NCBI GenBank assembly: GCA_963706595.1
Contig: OY970166.1
Location: forward strand, 1,472,001 to 1,536,000
Source: an uncultured cyanobacterium
GTDB lineage: Bacteria > Cyanobacteriota > Cyanobacteriia > Cyanobacteriales > Nostocaceae
Length of the DNA stretch: 64,000 nt
Direction: 5' to 3'
The notes beneath the pieces were generated by a model, which ran no database searches, was not told where the DNA came from, and worked only from the letters and a program-made list of their open reading frames with translations. A program made the position numbers and the translations under genes. Below, one piece after another: positions 1 through 9,852 of this stretch. Every line of letters starts with the position of its first letter. Positions within the stretch are counted from its first letter, which is position 1.

Positions 1-323
1 AAATTTGCCCCATCCATCGTTACACGGTCAACTAAAGCGCCTTCAAGATTGGCATTTTCCAAATTAGCATTGAGTAAAACACCCTTAGTCAGAATCGCAT
101 TTTTTAAATTTGCACCTTGAAAATTTGCCCCCCGCATTTCCGCCGCCACAAAAGTGCCACCAGCTAAATCGGTGTTAGAAAAATCACGATTTTGGAGACT
201 AGCATTGCTGTAATTAATGGTGTTGATTTGAGCAAAAGCCGGTTGAGGATTGATCAACACCCATAACCAAGCCAACACGAAAATCACACACAAACTTAAT
301 AATCGCAGTAAAAACTTTTTCAT
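1..323 (-). CDS. Pentapeptide repeat protein with signal peptide (runs off window start)
   Basis: Manual translation from ATG at 323: MKKFLLRLLSLCVIFVLAWLW...PAFAQ then A(N/D)LxxA-type pentapeptide repeats (GANFQGANLKNAIL, NANLENANLEGA). Confidence 0.85.
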   Translation of the reverse strand, partial: MKKFLLRLLSLCVIFVLAWLWVLINPQPAFAQINTINYSNASLQNRDFSNTDLAGGTFVAAEMRGANFQGANLKNAILTKGVLLNANLENANLEGALVDRVTMDGAN

Positions 324-401
324 AACTTTACAAACTTAATTGATCATCATTAGCCAATAGTCTAATAGACTCTTACCGCTACGCGGAAACTAAAAGTCAA
401 A

Positions 402-446
402 TAATGACCAATGACTAATGACCAATGACTAATGACTAATGACTAA
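402..446. repeat. STRR-type heptamer tandem array (AATGAC[T/C])n
   Basis: About six tandem copies visible; the last copy contains the stop codon of the LCP gene. Confidence 0.9.
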
Positions 447-1957
447 TTCCAATCTTTACCGATCCGAATTGTCAGATCAGATCCTAAATCCCCGGTGGAC
501 GACACGTCAATTTGACCCAAGCCGATGACTTGTTGTAGTTCAAGTCCAGAAACGCGATCGCCTTTTTGGACTATAATCTGAGTTTGCCTTTGGGTATCAG
601 GCCAATCCGACACCGCATAAACATTTGTAAAACCTTTTTCTTTGAGATCCTCAATCACCTTTTCAGTTAGCTGAGGTTGATTGGAAGCGTTTTGAATCGC
701 AATTGTGAGGTTATTAACTGGACGCAAATCTGGCTTCATCCCAGGTACATCTACCCCAACATAATTATTCAATAGATTCTGTTGTCCATTCAGATTTAGC
801 CAATAACTATTGGGATCTTGACTGAATCGGCTGAAATTACCCGGCAGAATAGTCATTTGCAAATTATCCCGTTCCAGGTTCACAGAATAATTTGCCAAAG
901 CCATCATTTCTTCTATTTTGAGATTTGTGTCAAAATATTTCCGCATCAGGCGGGTTAATTGCGGTAATCTAGGTAAAACAGTAGGACTATTGAGACGTTG
1001 CAGTAACGCTGTGATCAGGGCTTGCTGTCGTTGTACTCTAGGTAGATCCCCTAGTCCGGCTTCTCGGAACCGGGCAAACGCTTCCGCCTTTTCACCATCA
1101 AGAGTTTGCCAACCACTGACCAAATTAATAGATAACTGACTGCTGGTGTGTTTATATTCCATTTCTTGGGGTACAAAGACATCAACCCCATCCAATTGAT
1201 CAACTAGCTGCCTTAAACCACTCGTAGAAATACGGATATAACGATGAATAGGGGCATTGTTTAAAGTCCGGCTGACTACCCGTGCTGCCAAAACAGGACC
1301 TCCTTGAGCATTGGCATCAGAGACCCTAGTCAACCCTTTTTCGGGGATAGCAATCATCGTATCCTTGGGAATTGACAATACCCGCATAGTTTTATCACTA
1401 GGGTTGAGCCTGACTAGCAACATAGTATCGCTAGTGCCAGCAAAACTTTCTGGTGAACCATCAACCGTACCTTGAATGGGATCAACTCCCATAATTAAGA
1501 TATTCATCGGTCGTGATAGTTTATACTGGAGGATATTTCCCCATACATCCCCTGGCAATGGCACTTTCTGGTCATCTTTGCCAGAAAATCCTAATTCTTC
1601 ATCTGTTCGGTCTAAATTGCTCCACAGTGGAGTCCACAGCGCCAAAGTCGATACCAGCAGACCTGACAAAACTATCCCCACCGCTACTGTCAGTGTCCAC
1701 AGTAGCCATCGAGGCATGGTTAAGCCTAATCTCTCGTAAAGCTCGTTGGGAATTGCACCCACAGAGTCAACAACACTACGGGAAACATTTTCTGGATCAT
1801 GAGTTACTACCTCCAGATTTGAGGCTGATGGCTGCTGAATTCCTAGCTCATTTTCTGCCCATTGTACTTGTTGAGGTCTTTCCTCTAGTTCTAGTTCTAA
1901 TTCTGGTACTTGTTGAGACGGCACCTGATTGTCTGACCATTGAAATTGTTTAATCAC
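443..1957 (-). CDS. LCP (LytR-CpsA-Psr) family protein with C-terminal LytR_C domain
   Basis: Single TM helix, NILIMGVD, SDTMLLV, LSIPKDT, LDGEKA...RFR...GDLPRVQRQQ, C-terminal DLTIRIGKDW. Confidence 0.9.
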   Translation of the reverse strand: MIKQFQWSDNQVPSQQVPELELELEERPQQVQWAENELGIQQPSASNLEVVTHDPENVSRSVVDSVGAIPNELYERLGLTMPRWLLWTLTVAVGIVLSGLLVSTLALWTPLWSNLDRTDEELGFSGKDDQKVPLPGDVWGNILQYKLSRPMNILIMGVDPIQGTVDGSPESFAGTSDTMLLVRLNPSDKTMRVLSIPKDTMIAIPEKGLTRVSDANAQGGPVLAARVVSRTLNNAPIHRYIRISTSGLRQLVDQLDGVDVFVPQEMEYKHTSSQLSINLVSGWQTLDGEKAEAFARFREAGLGDLPRVQRQQALITALLQRLNSPTVLPRLPQLTRLMRKYFDTNLKIEEMMALANYSVNLERDNLQMTILPGNFSRFSQDPNSYWLNLNGQQNLLNNYVGVDVPGMKPDLRPVNNLTIAIQNASNQPQLTEKVIEDLKEKGFTNVYAVSDWPDTQRQTQIIVQKGDRVSGLELQQVIGLGQIDVSSTGDLGSDLTIRIGKDWN

Positions 1958-2061
1958 AAATTATCTCCCCACTCAACCACTCCCTAAAGGTATGTTAATC
2001 GAAGCCATAAAGCTTGCCAGGGCAAAAGCTCACTGTACACTGATAATGATCTGAGCTAGGT

Positions 2062-3138
2062 GTGTATGACAACATGAGTAATTCACTGTTCCCTGTAATT
2101 CTTGCCGGTGGCAAAGGTGAGCGTTTTTGGCCCCTGAGTCGCAAAGACCGACCCAAACAATTTTTAAGTCTTGATGGTAGCTCTAGAAGTCTATTACAAG
2201 CAACTGCCGATAGACTAATTACAGTTACAAACGGTTGGAATGACCTCTGGGTGATTACTTCCAGTCAGGTAGCCGCCGGGGTGAGACAACAACTACCTGA
2301 ACTGCCATCTCAAAATTTATTAATTGAGTCACAAGGGCGAGACACCGCCGCAGCCGTGGCTTGGGCAAGTTTAGAAATTAAGAAGCGTTACGGAGAAGAC
2401 GCTATCATCGGCTTTTTTCCTTCTGACCACTGGATAGCTGATCAAGAAGCGTTTAAACGCACCTTAGATGCTGCTACCCAACTAGCGGCAAACACGGAGG
2501 CGATTGTCACTTTGGGAATCAAGCCTACTTTCCCATCAACTGGTTACGGCTACATTGAACAAGGCGAAAACATTGGTAGCTTTAATGATTTGCCAGCCTA
2601 TCACGTCAACCGCTTTACTGAAAAGCCCAACCGTGAAACAGCAGAAGCTTTTTTATCTACGGGGCGTTTTAGCTGGAATAGTGGAATGTTCGTGTTTCGG
2701 GCTGGGGTTGTTCTCAAGGAACTATATACCCATGCACCAGAAATCATCGAACCCTTAGAACAACAAGGCCCTGATATATATCCTCAGTTGCTTAAACAGA
2801 GTATAGACTATGCACTCATGGAAAAAACAAATTTAGCATACGTCTTGCCAGTTGAATTTGGTTGGGATGATTTAGGAGACTGGAATGCACTGGAGCGCTT
2901 ACTGAAAAAAGCCGATAATCCCAATGTGGAACTAGCTACCCATGTAGGGTTAGATACGCAGGGTGCGATTGTTTATGCTACTAATTCAGAAGATGTAATT
3001 GTTACAATTGGTTTAGAGGATGTGGTGATTGTGCGCGATCGCAACGTTACTCTAGTTGTCAACAAAAATCGTACCCAAGAAATTAAGCAGATTCTCAAAA
3101 CCCTCGCAAATGATCCCCGATTTACTGAACTCTTGTAA
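2062..3138 (+). CDS. manC: Mannose-1-phosphate guanylyltransferase
   Basis: PVILAGGKGERFWPLSR, PSDH, TGYGYI, FTEKP, WNSGMF, SIDYALME, GWDDLG. Start may be ATG 2074. Confidence 0.92.
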   Translation: MYDNMSNSLFPVILAGGKGERFWPLSRKDRPKQFLSLDGSSRSLLQATADRLITVTNGWNDLWVITSSQVAAGVRQQLPELPSQNLLIESQGRDTAAAVAWASLEIKKRYGEDAIIGFFPSDHWIADQEAFKRTLDAATQLAANTEAIVTLGIKPTFPSTGYGYIEQGENIGSFNDLPAYHVNRFTEKPNRETAEAFLSTGRFSWNSGMFVFRAGVVLKELYTHAPEIIEPLEQQGPDIYPQLLKQSIDYALMEKTNLAYVLPVEFGWDDLGDWNALERLLKKADNPNVELATHVGLDTQGAIVYATNSEDVIVTIGLEDVVIVRDRNVTLVVNKNRTQEIKQILKTLANDPRFTELL

Positions 3139-3319
3139 CTGTTAAGCTTGAAGAGTTAAAACCCTGAGCAGAGGTTAAAGATTTGTTGCCTCTATTATAA
3201 CTGGAATGTCTGTTTTCAAGACTAGGGATTAGGGAATAGGGGCTAAAGACTAAAAGATACAGCAAATTCTTCTCCATTCCCTAATCTTTCCATCCCCCTC
3301 ATATCCCCATTTCCCCACA

Positions 3320-4966
3320 ATGTTCCTCACCCAAACTGTTCCTCGTCAAAGAGAAATTATCGAAGTCGTCCTTCGCAATGGCTGGGACTATATGCGAAGG
3401 CTGCTGACTGGTGGTAAAGCTGATGAACCCCAGCTACCCACACCTGCGGTTTTAAAGAATATTCTTGTGGATTTGGGGCCAGTGTATGTCAAGCTGGGTC
3501 AGCTACTTTCTACCCGTCCCGACTTACTCAACGCCGCCTACATTGAAGAACTTTCCACTCTCCAAGACGAAGTACCGCCAGTTCCTTGGACAGAAGTAGA
3601 AGTATTCATCCGTAAGCACCTCAAACGCCCCCTGGAAGAAACCTTCCGTGTCATTAATCCTGTACCAGTAGCGGCGGGATCAATCGCCCAGACTCATCGC
3701 GCCACATTGGTAGATGGTCGAGAAGTAGCTTTGAAAGTGCAACGTCCGGGAATTGCGCTCACTGTTGCTCAAGATATTGCTTTAATTCAAGGAATTGCTG
3801 ATTTAGTCGCCCGCACAGATTTTGGGCAAACCTACGAAATTAAATCCGTCGCGGCAGAATTTACCAAAGCTTTAGAAGACGAGTTAAATTTTACCCTAGA
3901 AGCTGGTTTTACCGACGAGCTGCGAGGTAATTTATCTCGTAGTCACTGGTTTGATCCCACACAACTGGTAGTTGCAGAAATTTTTTGGGACATCACCACC
4001 GAAAAGTTATTAGTCATGGAATGGCTGGATGGAGTCCCGTTGCTGTCAGCGAATTTAGTCAGCATTGAAAACGGTAAAACTGCTCATACACAACGTCAAG
4101 AAATCACGACTTTGTTATTTCGAGCTTTTTTCCAGCAATTATATATTGATGGTTTCTTTCATGCTGACCCCCATCCTGGAAATTTATTTTATCTCGCAGA
4201 TGGTCGCATTGCCCTTTTAGATTGTGGCATGGTGGGTAGGCTTGATCCCCGCACTCAGCAGATATTAACAGAAATGCTCTTAGCAATCATTGATTTAGAT
4301 GCGGGGCGATGCGCGCAATTAACTTTACAGTTAGCCGATTCTTCTCAGCCGGTGATTTTGTCACGGTTAGAAAATGATTATGATCGGATGTTGCGGAAGT
4401 ATCATAATGTCAACTTGGGTGAAATGAATTTCAGTCAGGTAATTTATGAAATTTTGCAAGTCGCCCGTAACAATAAAATTCGCTTACCCAGCAATATGGG
4501 TTTATATGCTAAAACCCTGGCAAATTTAGAGGGGGTAGCCCGTGCATTCAACCCAGAAGTTAACTTATTTGACGAAGTACAGCCATTAATTACAGACTTG
4601 TTTCGGCGGCAATTATTAGGCGATAATCCAGTGCGATCGCTATTAAGAACAGCCTTAGATATTAAGAGTTTATCATTACAATTTCCCCGGCAAATTGAAC
4701 TGTTATTAGATCGAGTTACATCCGAAACCTTACAGTGGAATCTCTCCCTGCGTGGTTTAGATGGTATGCGGCGCACTCTAGATGATGCCGCTAACAGATT
4801 ATCCTTTAGCATCTTAGTAGGTTCTCTAATTATGGGAGCAGCCATTATTTCCACCAAAACCCAAACCACTCAACTTTCCTTTTTGAGTAGTGTCTTGTTT
4901 GCTGCGGCTAGTTTATTAGGTTTGTGGCTAGTTTTTAGTATTTTGCGGTCTGGGCGTTTAAAGTAA
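3320..4966 (+). CDS. ABC1/AarF/UbiB family atypical kinase
   Basis: LGPVYVKLGQLLSTRPD, AAGSIAQTH, VALKVQRP, FFHADPHPGN, LLDCGMVG, two C-terminal TM helices. Confidence 0.93.
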   Translation: MFLTQTVPRQREIIEVVLRNGWDYMRRLLTGGKADEPQLPTPAVLKNILVDLGPVYVKLGQLLSTRPDLLNAAYIEELSTLQDEVPPVPWTEVEVFIRKHLKRPLEETFRVINPVPVAAGSIAQTHRATLVDGREVALKVQRPGIALTVAQDIALIQGIADLVARTDFGQTYEIKSVAAEFTKALEDELNFTLEAGFTDELRGNLSRSHWFDPTQLVVAEIFWDITTEKLLVMEWLDGVPLLSANLVSIENGKTAHTQRQEITTLLFRAFFQQLYIDGFFHADPHPGNLFYLADGRIALLDCGMVGRLDPRTQQILTEMLLAIIDLDAGRCAQLTLQLADSSQPVILSRLENDYDRMLRKYHNVNLGEMNFSQVIYEILQVARNNKIRLPSNMGLYAKTLANLEGVARAFNPEVNLFDEVQPLITDLFRRQLLGDNPVRSLLRTALDIKSLSLQFPRQIELLLDRVTSETLQWNLSLRGLDGMRRTLDDAANRLSFSILVGSLIMGAAIISTKTQTTQLSFLSSVLFAAASLLGLWLVFSILRSGRLK

Positions 4967-5051
4967 CCCTTGTGTTTGCCAAAGCAATCATCAATACAGA
5001 TAAATAATTGAAGTGCTTATCTGTATTTATCTGTAGTTTCAATATAAAATT

Positions 5052-6032
5052 ATGTCAATTATCACCGTTGAAAATCTGAGTAAATTTTACCCAGTAGCTG
5101 TTAAAGAACCAGGGCTAAAAGGCACACTCACCCACTTTTTTCGGCGTACCTACCGCCCCATTAAAGCAGTACAAGATGTTTCCTTTGAAATAGCACCTGG
5201 TGAAGTGGTGGGTTTTTTGGGGCCAAATGGTGCAGGTAAAACCACCACCCTAAAAATGCTTACAGGGTTAATTCATCCTTCGGAAGGTAAAGTCAGAGTA
5301 GCGGGATACGAACCATTTCTGCGCCAAGAGGCATTTCTGCAAAAAATCACCTTGGTAATGGGGCAGAAACAGCAGTTACTGTGGGACTTACCAGCACTCG
5401 ATTCTTTGAAAATTAATGCTGCTGTTTACAACATCTCTAATAAAGAATTTCAAAAGCGAGTCGGGGAATTAACAGAGATGCTGACCTTAGAAGGTAAGCT
5501 GACCCAACCAGTGCGGAAATTGTCATTAGGTGAACGGATGAAAGCAGAACTGTTAGCAGCACTTTTGCACCATCCTCATGTCTTATTTCTGGATGAACCG
5601 ACATTAGGACTCGATGTAAATGCACAGGTAGCGGTGCGCGATTTTTTGCGCGAGTACAATCAGCGTTATCAAGCCACTGTATTATTAACAAGTCATTACA
5701 TGGCTGATATTACTGCTTTATGTGAGCGTGTGCTGTTGATTCACCAAGGAAAGTTGATGTATGACGGTAGTCTAGATGGACTGCTGAAAAATTTCGCCCC
5801 CTACCGGGAAATTCATATTGAGTTAGCCGAACCGCTACCCAGAGAAAAACTCATGTTTTATGGTGATGTCAAACTTTTAGAGGGGCGTGCAGTCAGCTTT
5901 ATGGTACAGCGAGAAGCGCTAACTCGCACAGTATCCCAGATTTTGAATGATTTAGAAGTCATCGACTTAACAGTGACTGAGCCGGCAATAGAAGAAGTGA
6001 TTGGCAGGGTTTTTCATGCAGGTGTAGTGTAA
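5052..6032 (+). CDS. ABC transporter ATP-binding protein
   Basis: GPNGAGKTT, LSLGE, LFLDEPT, TSH. Confidence 0.93.
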   Translation: MSIITVENLSKFYPVAVKEPGLKGTLTHFFRRTYRPIKAVQDVSFEIAPGEVVGFLGPNGAGKTTTLKMLTGLIHPSEGKVRVAGYEPFLRQEAFLQKITLVMGQKQQLLWDLPALDSLKINAAVYNISNKEFQKRVGELTEMLTLEGKLTQPVRKLSLGERMKAELLAALLHHPHVLFLDEPTLGLDVNAQVAVRDFLREYNQRYQATVLLTSHYMADITALCERVLLIHQGKLMYDGSLDGLLKNFAPYREIHIELAEPLPREKLMFYGDVKLLEGRAVSFMVQREALTRTVSQILNDLEVIDLTVTEPAIEEVIGRVFHAGVV

Positions 6033-6045
6033 CTCATATCTTGCA

Positions 6046-6193
6046 CCTGGCGACTGGAAGTCACGGCTACACAGGCGAAACCCACCTACGTGGGTTCAAA
6101 ACCCTTGTTTTTCCGTTAGTCCGCGTAGGCGGACTTTGTTTGTATAGCCGCGTTCGCCCTTGGCGTTGCGTTAGCAATATTCTAATCGCCAGG
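6046..6193. repeat. REP/MITE-like inverted-repeat element with a ~25-nt insertion in the right arm
   Basis: Ends CCTGGCGA...TCGCCAGG; ~50-nt imperfect arms, each with an internal palindrome (ACCCACCTACGTGGGT / GTCCGCGTAGGCGGAC). Confidence 0.75.
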
Positions 6194-6246
6194 GCTTGGT
6201 GCTGAGTAGTACCTTATAGTTAAAACTAGGGAATTTTAAAATTTCT

Positions 6247-7035
6247 GTGAAAAAAATTATTAGAAAAATCTTGACATTTCTTTCTGTTTACTACGCCTAT
6301 ATGCTTGAGTATCGGGCAGAATTGATATTATGGGTTTTGGCTGGGGCTTTGCCAATTATCCTCATGGGTGTATGGATACAGGCGGCACAAGGTGGACAGT
6401 TTGGTTTAACACCTGTGGATTTTGCCCGTTACTTTATTACGGTTTTCTTTGTTAGGCAACTTACTGTTGTCTGGGTAATTTGGGATTTTGAAAAGGAAGT
6501 AGTAGAGGGTAAGCTGTCATTCCGATTATTACAACCCATAGACCCAGTATGGCATCACGTGGCGGGTCATATTTCTGAAAGAGTTGCTCGTATACCGTTT
6601 ATATTGCTATTAGTTTTCTTGTTTTTCATCCTCTATCCCCAGGCTATTTGGTTGCCGAATTTGGGGCAGTTTTTGCTGTTTGGGTTAGCGGTGACGTTAG
6701 CTTTTGTCTTACGGTTTATAATTCAGTACACCTTTGGTCTGTTCGCCTTTTGGACAGAACGTGCTAGCGCTTTAGAAACTTTTTGGCTGTTATTTTATTT
6801 ATTTTTGTCAGGGTTAATTGCGCCTTTAGATGTGTTTCCTGAAACTGTGCGAACAATAGTCATGTTTACGCCTTTTCCTTATTTGATTAATTTCCCAGTT
6901 AGTCTTTTAGTGGGGCTACCTGTGGATGTAGTGCGGGGATTTTTATCACTTGTGGGTTGGATATTGTTGTTTTTGGGTGCAAATCGTCTGCTGTGGCGTG
7001 CGGGATTAAAACGATATTCAGGTATGGGTGCTTGA
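6247..7035 (+). CDS. ABC-2 type transporter permease
   Basis: Six hydrophobic segments, G.LS..LLQP and FLSGLIAPL..FP motifs, downstream of the ABC ATPase. Confidence 0.85.
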   Translation: MKKIIRKILTFLSVYYAYMLEYRAELILWVLAGALPIILMGVWIQAAQGGQFGLTPVDFARYFITVFFVRQLTVVWVIWDFEKEVVEGKLSFRLLQPIDPVWHHVAGHISERVARIPFILLLVFLFFILYPQAIWLPNLGQFLLFGLAVTLAFVLRFIIQYTFGLFAFWTERASALETFWLLFYLFLSGLIAPLDVFPETVRTIVMFTPFPYLINFPVSLLVGLPVDVVRGFLSLVGWILLFLGANRLLWRAGLKRYSGMGA

Positions 7036-7038
7036 AAG

Positions 7039-7080
7039 AACCTCACCCCCAGCCCCTCTCCTTGCTAAGGAGAGGGGAGA
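7039..7080. repeat. Dispersed hairpin repeat (AACCTCACCCCC..CCCCTCTCCTT-N3/4-AAGGAGAGGGG)
   Basis: Near-identical copy at 29835-29875; related copies near 19814-19857, 57779-57819 and 57857-57890. Confidence 0.8.
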
Positions 7081-7170
7081 TTAGATTTTTTTTCGTAACT
7101 CATTTAAAGTTAGAATTGATCTAAAATATTGTTATCAATGGGTTAAATTTTGGCAGGTTGAAAAAATTAG

Positions 7171-7632
7171 ATGACAGCACCTCAACCAAAAGTCTCAACA
7201 AACTCCCAACTTTATGACGAAGATTTTTATCTCTGGCTAGAGACGACGGCTGAACAACTCAAAGCAGGTAAATTTGCTGAAGTTGATTTAGCCAATCTCA
7301 TTGAAGAAATTGAATGTATGGGGAGAAGTGAAAAAAGATCATTAGAAAGTAATTTAGTTATTTTATTAATGCACTTGCTGAAATATAAATATCAGCCAGA
7401 CAAACGCACCAATAGTTGGCTTTCTACTATATTTGAGCATCGGCGGAGATTAAATAAAAACTTGCAAGATAGTCCAAGTTTAAAAAACTACTTTTCTGAA
7501 ACATTTGCAGAGTGTTATCAAGATGCACGTCAACAAGCAGCCATAGAAACTGGATTATCACTTGATACCTTTCCTGTAGAATCTCCCTTCACCACCGATG
7601 AATCTTTGCATCAAGACTTTTTACCCGAATAA
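7171..7632 (+). CDS. DUF29 family protein
   Basis: LYDEDFYLW, DLANLIEEIECMGRSEKR, HLLKYKYQ, SPSLKNY, A.ETGL...FP..SPF. Confidence 0.9.
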   Translation: MTAPQPKVSTNSQLYDEDFYLWLETTAEQLKAGKFAEVDLANLIEEIECMGRSEKRSLESNLVILLMHLLKYKYQPDKRTNSWLSTIFEHRRRLNKNLQDSPSLKNYFSETFAECYQDARQQAAIETGLSLDTFPVESPFTTDESLHQDFLPE

Positions 7633-7667
7633 CTCCCTACTCTTACTCTGGTGCGCCTTTTTTGCAT

Positions 7668-7735
7668 AGTAGGGTGGGTTAGGCGCACGATATGACATGA
7701 TAAAAATGAATAGGATATTACGCCGTAACCCACCA
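7668..7735. repeat. REP-like hairpin (GTAGGGTGGGTTAGGCG...CGCCGTAACCCACC)
   Basis: GTAG-headed imperfect inverted repeat; a related short copy lies at 60074-60103. Confidence 0.65.
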
Positions 7736-7815
7736 TTTACACTTCAAAACAGGTAAATTTTCTGAAGTTGATTTAGCCAACTAAATTCATATTTTCCATT
7801 ATAAAAGTCAAGAAA

Positions 7816-8781
7816 TTAGTATGTAATCTTCATATAAATTGGTTGCTTGTCAAATTTTAATTGTTCAATCTGTAATAGTTTTGGTTCAATGTGCTTATCC
7901 AATAAAGGATTTCGATAATCTAAAGTTTTTTCTTCCTTTTCTAACTGTTGTTTTTGATAATTAATACTAGATTTGTGATAGACAATACCTATAATAGCTA
8001 TTGTAATAATTAAAACTATAGCGAAGACTTTTTTTGTAAAAAATAGTTGGGGAAAACTTTTAATAAAACATGAAAAATCATTTTTTTTTAACTGGTCTGC
8101 GGGTACTCCCTGCTGTACATTATCCCATGCTTCATCGTCTGCATTAATTAGGCTTGATAAGCCTCGCCAAACTTTATATTTTTGTAAGTGCTGCTTTTTA
8201 CTTACTCCTGTTACCACCACCAATAAAGAATCTTTATTTGGTAAAGAGCCTAACGTTAAAAGTTCATCTGCTAACTTTGGTTTTTTGTCAAGATTTCCAA
8301 ATTTCTGGTAAAGGTGTTCTTTTGGCACTTCTTTTTGTTTTTTTTGCCCTCCTTCTGAATGTTGATTTAAAAACTCTTTAAGTTCATTTTTTTCTACAAA
8401 AAAACCGCCTTGATCCTCTTTTGTTACAATTGCATTTATTGTGCTACTTAACTTGTCTGACAGTGCTTCAATTGTGAGATTCAAGAAAAATTTTTCCTCA
8501 GAACTGTCACCTACACATACTATAGAATTACGAATTTTACGATTTCGGTTATCTGTGCGTTGAGATTCTAGACCATTTACTAGGAGAAGTAACTTATTCT
8601 CATCCTTAATTCTACATAAAACTATTGCAAATGCATTATTATCTATTAAATGATTAACTTCTTCTGGAATAGGAGGATCATTAGGATCATTATAAGAGTT
8701 ACCATCCTTCTCATAACATTTTAGCCAATAATAATCTTGAGACAATCCACGGCTTTGAACGTAAATATCTATCTTACGCAT
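7816..8781 (-). CDS. Hypothetical protein with C-terminal TM helix; third gene of the GTPase operon
   Basis: 321 aa ORF, TM segment VFAIVLIITIAIIGIVY, starts 2 nt after the stop of the upstream GTPase. Confidence 0.75.
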   Translation of the reverse strand: MRKIDIYVQSRGLSQDYYWLKCYEKDGNSYNDPNDPPIPEEVNHLIDNNAFAIVLCRIKDENKLLLLVNGLESQRTDNRNRKIRNSIVCVGDSSEEKFFLNLTIEALSDKLSSTINAIVTKEDQGGFFVEKNELKEFLNQHSEGGQKKQKEVPKEHLYQKFGNLDKKPKLADELLTLGSLPNKDSLLVVVTGVSKKQHLQKYKVWRGLSSLINADDEAWDNVQQGVPADQLKKNDFSCFIKSFPQLFFTKKVFAIVLIITIAIIGIVYHKSSINYQKQQLEKEEKTLDYRNPLLDKHIEPKLLQIEQLKFDKQPIYMKITY

Positions 8782-8783
8782 AA

Positions 8784-9851
8784 CTATCTTTTATTTATTT
8801 TAAGTAAATTAGCACCCTGCAAAACTGCAAAAGCACCAGTATTTTTACAGCCATTGCTGAAATCCAATATTGCTTCTTTCAATGCATTATCTCTACCAAA
8901 ATAATTTAGTATGGAATTGATAATTGGCACACGCCGCTTTTCAATATGTAACCTTAGTAAAAAGCGCAAAAGGTATCTTAGTGGTTGTTCATTATCTCTA
9001 GGCTGATATACGTCTTTATAATCTTGCTTGCAGAAGCAAAAAATAGGTTTATGATCCTTGTCATATTTAATGCTAGAAAAAATTACACTACCTAAAGTTT
9101 GCACAGGAGTAACAACTACAGCGATATTAGGAAGTAAAGCATCAGCACTAAAAAACTCAAGCAAATTTGCATATTTTTCTCTAACACATCTTAGCAAATT
9201 GTTGGCATCTTTATCATTTTGCAGATAACTTTCACATTTGACAGGTACAAATATTACTAGCCTTGGGGAATCTAAATTTTGGTAAGCTTGTTTAAATAAA
9301 TTTCTTAATGTATCTGGTATGTTAAAGTATTCATGCCATTCACCATTAGTTTCCATCAAAGCTGGTGTATCGATTGCAATAATAACAGCTGCTGATTCTT
9401 TGAGAAAAGTTTTAACTTTGTTTATGTTCTCCACATTCTTTTGTGTTCCGTCTATGTAAGAACCTGGATAATCTTGAAACTCAAGCCTTAAGGAAGGAGA
9501 TACGCCAGTTTTTCCTAAATCAAAAAAGAAAGAACGCGGTTCAGGTGTACCTGTAACTTCATCTGTAAATTTAATGGTACTACCAGTAAATCTTTTTAAC
9601 TCTGCTAACCGTTGAGTAATAATTGCCTGATTTACTTCATTCTTTACATCATCAGGCATTGTAAGTTGGAGATTTGTCTGTCCAATAATTTTATCAAACT
9701 GGTCATACATAGAAGCTAAAAGGCTAGTTTTTCCTACACCTGAAGCCCCTAACATAGTTATTTTCAATGTTTGATTAGGTTCTTTATTTGCTGTAAATAA
9801 TTTGGCGAACATAGTTTTTAAACGTTGAGAAATTTGTTTGAACCTTAGCAT
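8784..9851 (-). CDS. TRAFAC-class P-loop GTPase
   Basis: G1 GASGVGKTS, G3 DYPG, G4-like PVKCE. ATG 9851 sits 1 nt after the upstream stop (ORF track starts at 9884). Confidence 0.8.
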   Translation of the reverse strand: MLRFKQISQRLKTMFAKLFTANKEPNQTLKITMLGASGVGKTSLLASMYDQFDKIIGQTNLQLTMPDDVKNEVNQAIITQRLAELKRFTGSTIKFTDEVTGTPEPRSFFFDLGKTGVSPSLRLEFQDYPGSYIDGTQKNVENINKVKTFLKESAAVIIAIDTPALMETNGEWHEYFNIPDTLRNLFKQAYQNLDSPRLVIFVPVKCESYLQNDKDANNLLRCVREKYANLLEFFSADALLPNIAVVVTPVQTLGSVIFSSIKYDKDHKPIFCFCKQDYKDVYQPRDNEQPLRYLLRFLLRLHIEKRRVPIINSILNYFGRDNALKEAILDFSNGCKNTGAFAVLQGANLLKINKR

Positions 9852-9852
9852 A

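Noticed and set aside
918..1953. Antisense and alternate-frame ORFs over housekeeping genes here and throughout the ORF track
   Set aside because: Shadow ORFs of well-supported genes, with no motifs of their own.
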